A stretch of 64,000 nt of DNA, taken from Nageia nagi. Lineage: Eukaryota > Plantae > Pinophyta. The first letter of the stretch is position 1. Every line of letters begins with the position of its first letter. This document shows positions 39,677-48,869 of this stretch, piece after piece. The stretch is from positions 98,518,001-98,582,000 of the forward strand of contig JBITNC010000001.1 of assembly GCA_050084985.1 (NCBI GenBank), in the 5' to 3' direction. Both the position numbers and the translations under genes were made by a program. Below the pieces are notes generated by a model. That model was not told the origin of the DNA and made no database searches. It was given only the letters and a program-made list of their open reading frames with translations.

Positions 39677-42600
39677 ATGGTTGAAACCTTCGTTCCCAAG
39701 CACATACTCGATGGTTCCAACTTTAGAATATGGGAACCTCGTATGAAAGCCGAGTTACAAGCAAGGAAGCTATGGCAGACAGTTAGTGAAGACGTGGTTG
39801 CTCCTACCGATGAGAAGGCTTTTGAAGTATACAACTCAAAAAATGAGTTAGCAACTTCCATGATTTACCGTGCAGTTTCAAATGATGTCCTTCTCATGAT
39901 TTCTTCATCAACTTCAGCAAAGGAAGCTTGGGATAGGTTAAAGAAAATTTACCTTGGGTCCAAATTTTCAAGGAGGTTTACCATTCTACAAAAATTGTTG
40001 CAGTATCGACAAAGTGAAGATGAAAGTGCCTCCATCTACTTAAACAAAATCATTGACCTCAGGACACAACTGGTTGGTTGTGGGTGCAACTGGATCAATG
40101 ATGAGTTCATGGTCTTCATCATTCTTCAAAGCCTTACTACAAAGTTCAGCAACTTTGTCACAGTTATGGAAACAAGGCTCGATGATGAAGAAGATGTCAT
40201 CTCACTTGATAACCTTTCTAGACTTCTTCTGAAGCATGAGGAAACTTTGAACAAGAAAATGTTGAACCTTTCTCCAAAGGACCATAGCATTGCTCTAGGA
40301 GCAACCAAAACTCCTTTCAAGAAAAAGTTCAAACATTACAAATTCAAAGACAACAAGTCCTCATCTACCTTCAGGAAGTATGACAAAAAGGGCAACAACA
40401 ACAATCATGGCAACTACAGGGAAAGGAATGACAAAGCTGGATCAAGCAATCCAACACCTCAGGAAAAGTTTGATGGAAATTGTAACTTTTGTGGTATCTT
40501 TGGGCACAAAGAGTATGATTGTCGCAAAAAGAAATTTGCTCAAAAAGGAAAGGGAAATGCAAATGTGAGAAATTTCAATAATAGAAAGAAGAACAAGCAT
40601 GCTGCTTCTGTTGCCTACTACTCAATGACTCAAACTATTTCAAATGATTGGATTGTTGATTCAGGATGCACTAATCACGTGTTATGAAAAGAATAAGTTT
40701 GAAAACTTTAATAAGTACAAAAAGGATGCAGTTGTGATAGGTGATAATACAGTCCTTGATGTTCACGGAATAGGGAGTGTGAAGATTCATGGAAAGACTC
40801 TTGATAATGTCTTTTATGTGCCTAAACTAAGGATGAATCTCATCTCTGTGATTTAGATTACAAGGAAAGGATGCTCATTTGAGTTTACCTCACACTCTTG
40901 GTGTGTTAAGAAAGGACTTGCCACCTTGATGAAAGGATCAGTAAAGGATGACCTTTATATTGTGGATCAAGTACCTTCAAAGATTTGTCTTGCTGCAAAT
41001 GTTTGTTCAAAAGGTAATCTTTGGCATCAACGATTAGGGCAACTTAACCACAAGAGTATTCAAGATATGAAAACTCAAGCACTTGTGGAAGGTTTACCTA
41101 ATATTTCACCCACAATTGGTCTTTGTGAAAGGTGCATTCTAGGAAAGATGCATAGGCAAAAGTTTGAAAAAGATAAGGCAACTCGGGCTACTTGTCCTCT
41201 TCAGCTTGTGCATTCAGATTTGATGGGTCCTTTTCAGACTAAGTCACTAGGTGGAGCTTCTTATGTTCTGACCTTCATTGATGACTTCAGTAGGATGACA
41301 TTTGGTTATCTACTTGAGCACAAGGATCAAACTTTTGACAGGTTTCAAGACTTCAAGGCACTTGTTGAAAATCAAACTGATTTTAAGATCAAAATGCTGA
41401 GATCTGACAATGGGGGTGAATATAATAGCAATGAGTTTAACGACTATTGTGTTAAACACGGGATTAAGCGACAATTCACAATCCCTTACACCCCTCAGCA
41501 AAATGGAGTTGCTGAAAGGAAGAATCGCACCATTATGGAAATGGCAAGATGCATGTTGGGTAACCTTCCTAGTTTCTTATGGGGAGAAGCTGTTCACACT
41601 GCTATTCACACCCTAAATAGGTGTCCTACTAAGGCAGTTGAAGGTGAAACTTCATATGAAGCATGGACAGGAAAGAAACCTAACCTCTCACACTTCAGGG
41701 TCTTCGGTTGTGATGCATTTGCCTTCATTACCTCAGAGAAAAGAAAGAAGCTAGATAAACGATCAAAAAAATGCATCTTTGTGGGGTATGATAATCAGCA
41801 TAGAGGTTACAGGCTCTACTCTTCATCCCATAAAATAGTCTTTGTTTCTAGGATGTTAAGTTCAATGAACTTTCTGAGTATACGACTTCTAATGCTGAAG
41901 TGTCTGATACAAATGATTCTTCGCCTGCATCTAACTGGTTGGATGATCATGTAGAGAAGTCACCACAAGAGCAAAATTCTCCAGCACAGAGAATTACAAG
42001 AAGTATGACCTTGAATAAATCCTTATTTGCCAAAATTGATAATATGCATGAGCCATCAACCTTCAAAGAAGCTTCCAAGCAAGAGTGTTGGATGGAAGCT
42101 ATGAAAGTTGAGTATGAGGCTCTCATGAAAAATGAAACTTGGGATTTGGTTCCTTATCCCAATGAGAAAAATATAATTGGCAATAAATGGATATACAAGG
42201 TCAAGTACAATTCTGATGGAAAAATTGAAAAATACAAGGCAAGATTAGTAGCCAAAGGATTCGCTCAGAAATATGGTATTGATTATGAGGAAACCTTTGC
42301 TCCTGTAGTCAAGATGCCTACTGTCAGAATAATTCTTGCTCTTTCTGCAGCTCAAGGATGGAAAGCTTTTCAACTTGATGTCAAGAGTGCATTTCTCAAT
42401 GGTGACTTGGATGTTGAAATCTACATGAATCAACCAGAAGGATTTATTCCAGAAGGAAAAGAGTCTCTTGTGTGCAAACTAAAGAAGTCTTTGTATGGAC
42501 TTAAGCAAGCACCTAGAGCATGGTACAAGAAAATTTCAGGATTCTTTGCAGATATTGGTTTTTCCAAATGCTTCTCAGATTCAGATCTATATGTACTCAA

Positions 42601-43597
42601 TCAAGGAAAAGACGTGGTCATAATTCTCCTTTATGTGGATGATCTTCTCATAACAGGCAATAATATTGAAATCATCCAAGAGTGCATCTCCAAACTCAAG
42701 GCAACATTTGAAATGACTGATCTAGGTCTATTGCATTACTATCTTGGGATGCAAGTGTACCAACACAAAGATTGTACTTATCTTAGTCAATCTAAGTATA
42801 TATCAGACATCTTGCAAAAGTTTGGAATGGAGGAGTGTAAATATGCTGCAATACCTGTTTCTCCTGGAATCGTTGTATCACTGAGCTCAGATTCTCAGTT
42901 GGCTGATGCTACAGCTTATAGACAATTGATTGGTAGTCTTCTATATCTGACTATCTCTCGTCTTGATATTGCCTTTGCAGTGAATCTGATGGCACGATTC
43001 ATGCAAACACCATATGTTGAACACCTCAATGCTGTTAAGCAAATCTTGAGGTATGTCGCAGGGACAAAGGATCTTGCTCTTAAGTATTCCAAAGTGCCCT
43101 CAATTGTTCTCTCAGGGTTCTCAGATTTTGATTATGGGGGAGATAGAGATGACAGAAAATCAACCTCTGCATATGTGTTTAGCATTGGTTCAGGTGCTAT
43201 CTCTTGGGCTTCCAAGAAGCAACCTACTGTGACTCTTTCTACCACTGAAGCCGAATATCGAGCCATGTCTGTTGCCGCCCAAGAAGCTATTTGGCTAAGA
43301 CATCTTCTGAACGAAATTGGGTATACGCAAAATGGCCCATCTCTTATTTCGTCAGACAATCAATCGGCTATCTCTTTGGCTAAGAATCCTGTGTTCCATC
43401 AGCGAACCAAACATGTAGAAATCCAAGCTCATTTTATCAGGGAGAAGGTTCTAGATGACATCATACGCTTGCTGTATTGTCCATCTACTGAAAACTCCGC
43501 TGATTTGTTCACCAAGCCCCTTCTTGAAGCTCAGTTCTGCAAGCTTAGGGATTCTCTCGGGTTGGTGAAGTTGCCCTCAAGGGGGAGTGAAGTTTAA
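39677..43597 (+). pseudogene. Copia gag-pol polyprotein, nearly intact (2 frameshifts, 1 stop)
   Basis: LDGSNFRIW, CNFCGIFGHKEYDC, WIVDSGCTNH, LWHQRLG / CERC, LVHSD / LRSDNGGEY / QQNGVAERKNR, QLDVKSAFL / YVDD, SDNQSAI..NPVFHQRTKHV / ADLFTK. Frameshifts near 40680 and 41850, TAG at 40854-40856. Confidence 0.95.
43579..43587 (+). promoter_or_regulatory. Polypurine tract-like motif at the end of pol
   Basis: AAGGGGGAG followed by TG, the usual copia position, but the downstream sequence is not the LTR. Confidence 0.7.
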
Positions 43598-43656
43598 ACT
43601 TTTGTTAGTGATGACAACTTCACCTCTAAGAGGCCTTTTTTGATTGTACATTCTAG

Positions 43657-43933
43657 ACCTCCGTGGTAAGTTTGCTCTGCGTGACAAACTTGTTGTACAA
43701 TTGTTGTTATAGAGTGTTGATTATTTTATACCTCAGTGGTAAGTTTGCTCTGCGTGACAAACTTGTTGTACATTTTATACCTCCGTGGTGAGTTTGCTCT
43801 GCGTGACAAACTTATTGTACAAGTTTTGAGCATATAATTAATATACCTCCGTGGTAAGTTCGCTCTGCGTGATGAACTTGTTGTACATTCTATACCTCCG
43901 TGGTGAGTTTGCTCTGCGTGAGAAACTCGTACA
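43657..43933 (+). repeat. Array of five 43-bp hairpin-forming repeats
   Basis: ACCTCCGTGGT(A/G)AGTTTGCTCTGCGTGACAAACTTGTTGTACA starting at 43657, 43730, 43779, 43845 and 43894. Spacers are 30, 6, 23 and 6 nt. Confidence 0.95.
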
Positions 43934-44398
43934 ATTTTTATGCTCTATTTTAAAATCAACACATGTCTATATACAACAGGTGACTATGAGTGATGGCTTG
44001 GCATCTCCGTGATGGCTTATAGTGCACCATTGATCAGTTATTTGTAAGATGGCATTATTTGATTCTCTTATTTGAATATATGATGCATCTAACTGATTTT
44101 GTTCATGAGTTGCTTGTAGCATGCAGGATCTTCTTCAGAAATGCAGGTTACTCACCTTGTGAAAGCAAGCTCATGGAGACTCACATGTCAGCTTAAAGTT
44201 GATCGACTACTATGTACAGTGAAACCAGTTGTGGTTAATGATTGTATTGTAAACCATTTTTTGTCAAATGGTAATGTAGTGAGTCTCATACTAGTTCTCA
44301 AAAAGATTCTCAAATATGTAAAAGTTCTCATCTCCACTTGTATCTCTATGGAAGAGAACTCTCTCTTACTCTCTCTCTTCTCTCTTCTACGCTCTAAT

Positions 44399-44908
44399 TG
44401 AAGGATTTGAACTAGATCTAAACAAATCCTCTAGGACCTTAGACTAGGAAACTCAAGTGTACACAAGATAACATAATCACTCAAGATAACACATCTATAA
44501 TTCTAAGAACATCATTCACATAATATGACACCAATATAATGTGGTTCCTCCCTCCTTGGGAGTACATCCACAACTAGTTCTCTTATTCTCTTGATATGTC
44601 TCTCTTACAACTATTCTCTAGCTCTCTCCTACACAACCAAGTAGAGTAATCTTACTCCTAGACTTAGATATGTTACAAGAGGAGAGGCCCTCTATTTATA
44701 GCTTTAGAGCACCTCCCTAACCTTCCTTTAACCCAAGGGTAAGGTTAGGGTTACATTAAATGTATCACCAAACTTCAACCTACCAACTAACCACTTTGGT
44801 AAAGTCAAAGTCTACATATTAAATAATTCTATTAATCTCTTAAGGTATCTACATACCCTTAAGTGATTAATTGAATTTACAAGGAGTTTAGATATTCACA
44901 ATATTTCA
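44399..44908 (-). repeat. Inverted copy of the 5' LTR (510 bp)
   Basis: Its reverse complement matches 36267-36776 with one mismatch (GAATAATG vs GAATGATG). Confidence 0.97.
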
Positions 44909-47879
44909 TTACAAATTCTAACAACAACCACACCCTACCAGATCTATGGATGCCACACTGAAGGGCTTCCTCACCTGCTAGCTCCCAACGAATAGAACAA
45001 ATGCAATTCTGGAATACCATCGGATGGATTCTAGGGCAACCTCACAACACGAACATTCACCTCAACCACTAGTCACAAGGTGTTCTAAGCCTCTTGAACT
45101 CTTCTTGGTCTACATGCCCAAGGGTGCTTGACACCACCAAGGCTTGAGAAGCTCCAAAGAGTTGAAGGGGTGCAATATCAAAATCGGTATATCCCTGTAA
45201 TGAGGCTCCAACGCCTTATATAACACATCACTAAATATGGATCTCACCTGAAATTCATCCCCCAACCTCCCTCATCCAACGGTAGTCTTTTGGAGGTTCC
45301 AAAATGGCCAATGTGGGTACCTACGGATCATGCATCCCCAAGGTGGGTGTCTAAGAGCCATAAATGCTAACGTGGCGTCTAGAGTGCCACGCATGCCTAA
45401 TGTGGGTCTAGGAATCGTGTGGGTGCTTAGGTGTCATCATGGGCCAACGTGAGGGTCTAGAGAGCAACGCATGCCTAACGTGGATCTAGGAGTCATGCAT
45501 GGGTGCTTAGGTGTCATCATGGGCCAACGTGGGGGTCAAGGAGTCTCCCCAAGGCTGGTGCAAGTGTCCAAGACCAACGTTGGGCTCTAAGTGCTTAATA
45601 TGCCATCCTAGATGTTACATGAGGCTTGGGATTCCTACAATCATTTTGAGAATCTCCAAAGGCATAAATAATAATAAAATAACTCATCCTAAGCTTGGGA
45701 GGAAACATCCCTCTTTGGGGCTCACAATGTGGGTCCAATGGACCATTATATTTCTATCCCAAGTAACTAATAATGCATAAATAACAATATTTACAAAGGG
45801 AACACCTAGGATCCCAAATTTATTCATTTTTGCTTAAAAGGCATCTTACATTACCAAACATTGAATTTGAATTTTGTGTCGCATTTCAATTTGATAAATT
45901 TTTCAGGTATTATGGACACTTTGAGATGAGTGAGTATTATAAATTTTGCTAAATTTATCCTACTATTTTCACCATGTGTATTGTAAGTATAGTTGATTTC
46001 ATCAAAGTTTCAAATTCAAACTCTTCTCATCATGGATATTTTCATCTTTATAATTAAGTAAGGATTATAAATTTAATGGATTTCATTCAACTATTTTCAT
46101 CTTGAGTATTTTTAGTTTCAAACTGTTTTCATCATAATTATTTTGTTATTCTGAATTGAGCAAGTACTATAAATTTAACTAATTTCATCCATTTGTTTTC
46201 ATCATGAGTATTATTGATCAAAAAGTTGAGTATTATCTATTTCTTTTTTTTATATTTTAAAGCAAAAAATTAAAAAAGAAGTCTACGAAAATGGTTTACA
46301 TTTCGACATGATTTTAGCCTTCTCATTTGACATGGCTAAGCCTTGTTGTTTGATAGGCAATTGCCTTATCATTCGGCCTTGTGAAGCGACATGGCCTTGG
46401 CCTTGTCAAGCAACATGGCCTTCCCCTTGTTGTTCAACATGGCATTATCCTTGTCGTTCAACATTGATATAATGCCACCACAATTGTCTTATCCATACAC
46501 AAGTGGAATGGCTTGTCCATACAATTATCACTCATAAACGCCTCCTTGTTTGTCGTGTCACATTTCTGAATGATAGCTCATGCATGCAAAATTAATGACA
46601 CCACATCTATAAATAGGTAAACCAACTTCACTTCTTTTCATTTCAAAGACTTCTTGTTCTCTAGTTTTCCTACATCGTCTCAATATTTGACAATTTTAGC
46701 CATGTGCGAAGTGTTTCGGAAGGAATTTCAAAAACATGTTGGAAATGTTTGGTTTTCATCACTAATTTCAACTCACTAATTATTATTTAGACTTTGAATT
46801 CCTCTCTCCAACATGAAAGGATACTTTGCAACCATCTCCTCCCCGTTCTCTTTGAAACTTTGAAGACTTGTAACAAGAAAGTAAATGATTTTGTTTATGA
46901 TGTATATTCTGTAACAAGAAGGTAAATGATTTTGTTTATGATGTATATTCGTATAACATTCTCCAATATTAGAAATGTTAGAAATTATCATTTTGTTTTG
47001 ATACTAATGGTTTGTAGTTGGCAATTTGCCAACGAATTGTGTATGAAATATTCAAAATTCTTTTCCTGAACAACTATTGGTGCTCTGTAACCCCCATCAT
47101 CCCATTTGCAAACAATCCAATGGTTTTTGTTCCATATTTGTGTTCTAATACTTTTGCATTAGATGTATAGTATGTATTCATGTAATGAACCTTATATGAA
47201 TTATAAATTCCACTTTATTTTTTTAGATTGTCTCAATTTACACAACAAGAAAAGATTAAAATTATATGTGCTTACCTTTCTCGAATCTTACAATATTGCC
47301 AATTATTATTATTTATTAAAATGATTACAAGGGAGTTTACCAAAAAATTCGACTTTTTGTGTTTTCGGTCAATATCATCAATCAAAAACTGTATTTTTTT
47401 GCAATTTCACCTAATTTTATATGTAGGAGGCCACCAAATTCACTGCAATTTTGCACTCCCTTTGGGGGGGTCTTATAATTTACCTTGATGCTAAACCAAA
47501 ACTCAAATCAATAAGCTTTAAAAATTTGGAAATCAAAACAAAAAGCAATTTTATAGTCAATTTTTGGCCTGATCGAAGGGGTAACTTGGGAGGTTCCCAA
47601 GATATCTTTAAAATTTCATAACATCAATTTTTTTCTCTACTTCGATCTGTTGCTTTTAAGGAACAAGATGCAATAGAAAACATTGAAAAATTCAACCTAG
47701 AAGGCCTCCATTCAAGTCTTGCACTTCAATGATGCATTTTGGATCCAAAGCGACAAAAAGACAACAATAAAGGATATAAACTTTTCTTGAAAAAATAGTT
47801 TAGATATTATTGACAAATGTCACATCATCTTATTTCATGTTGAATTTGTTCAATATCAATGCTATACTTGTTCTTATCT

Positions 47880-48840
47880 TGAATTATCATGGTTTCACAC
47901 ATTTTGGTCTTTGGGGCATTAGAAGACCCATCATGGCAGCCCCATGATGATATCATGCTACTAATCATCCCCTTGAGTAATTCATGCTTTCAAGAGTTGG
48001 TACATTTCATAAATATCCATGATCATCTTCATGGACTTAATTGGGGCACTATCATTACCCTTTTTGTCCTTGGGGCATCGAAGGACCCTTCATGGTAAGA
48101 TACATGATGTATCAGTTTCCATTTTGATCCTTGGAGCAGCAAATAATCCTCTATGCAAGGGTCATGGTGACATCATTTGGCCATCATAAATCCTTCGAGT
48201 GGATGTTATATATTATGTTTTCCATTGCCTATCATATCATGTTCGTCCTTATATCACTATATCGATGTTTATTATGTTTATCTAACAAGAGGGGTTCCTG
48301 ACCACTATTGAGAATTGTTAACATCCCCCATGTCACCCAAGATAGGTGCCCACCCTCTTGAACATCTTCTCCTTTGCGAGACCTTTTTTCTTTTCAAGTT
48401 TATCTTGCTTTGAATTCCTTGTTTCAACCAAGCTTCACAAAAAATCTTGCTTTGAATTCCTTGTTTCAACCAAATCCAAAGCAAAAGGGGTAAGAAGAAA
48501 GGTGAAAAAAAAGCACACCAAGCTCAAGTCATTCTTCGTCATCATCACTATAATCAAGTAAGTATCATCGAAATCAGTAATATCATTTTCTTTTCTTCGT
48601 CTTGAAATGTGGTCTTACATTCATCCAACACATCTCTAAAGGGGGCACAATGTAAACACCTAAATTTGATTTTCGTATTTAATTAAATAGCAAATGTAGG
48701 TATCTAAAATCATTTATTATTTGGAGGGAAATAAGAATAAAGTAAATTCAAAATTTATAAAACAAGGTCAGCTTATCAAATTTTAAGTCAAGTTTTAAGT
48801 ATAAATAGTAAGTTCAATGTCATTTCAAAATATCAACCTT
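47880..48840 (+). mobile_element. Probable gypsy 3' UTR, PPT and truncated LTR start
   Basis: Short degenerate repeats (TGGGGCAT..AAG.ACCC.TCATGG), a 42-bp tandem at ~48402-48472, then AAAGGGGGCACAA|TGTAAACACCTAAA at ~48638-48664. Confidence 0.45.
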
Positions 48841-48869
48841 CTTGATGAGAAAAGATTCAAAATGCCATA

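Larger units (their letters stand above)
36267..44923 (+). mobile_element. Young Ty1/copia element with inverted LTR copies
   Basis: TG...CA ends, TSD ACAAC (36262-36266 / 44924-44928). Order: LTR, PBS, leader, gag-pol, PPT, unique segment, reverse-complement LTR, 15 bp. Confidence 0.9.
35885..45850 (-). mobile_element. Solo LTR (~1.3 kb: 35885-36266 plus 44929-45850) split by the copia insertion
   Basis: TG...CA ends with a perfect TSD TTACC (35880-35884 / 45851-45855). Both halves align collinearly with the related LTR at 49066-50560 (shared CATTGGCCTCCAAGGAGCCAACTAGGGCA and AGGGCAACCTCACAACACGAACATTCACCTCAACC). Confidence 0.88.
32160..46466 (+). mobile_element. hAT DNA transposon (ZNF862/DUF4371-like transposase) carrying nested insertions
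   Basis: Subterminal (G/A)ACAAGGC arrays in opposite orientation at 32160-32310 and 46330-46466 (AATGTTGAATGACAAGG vs CCTTGTCGTTCAACATT). Transposase remnant lies between them. Exact left end and TSD not established. Confidence 0.65.

Noticed and set aside
43657-43933. CRISPR array
   Set aside because: The repeats are palindromic with spacers, but the spacers are 6-30 nt and uneven, there are no cas genes, and the context is a plant retrotransposon.
44399-44908. Ordinary independent solo LTR inserted in reverse
   Set aside because: It has no TSD of its own (CTAAT vs TTACA), and this would not explain the missing direct 3' LTR. Not fully excluded.
36267-44923. DIRS-type element or TIR DNA transposon
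   Set aside because: Domain order PR-INT-RT-RH with a DDE integrase, a tRNA-iMet PBS and a 5-bp TSD is copia. No tyrosine recombinase or transposase is present.
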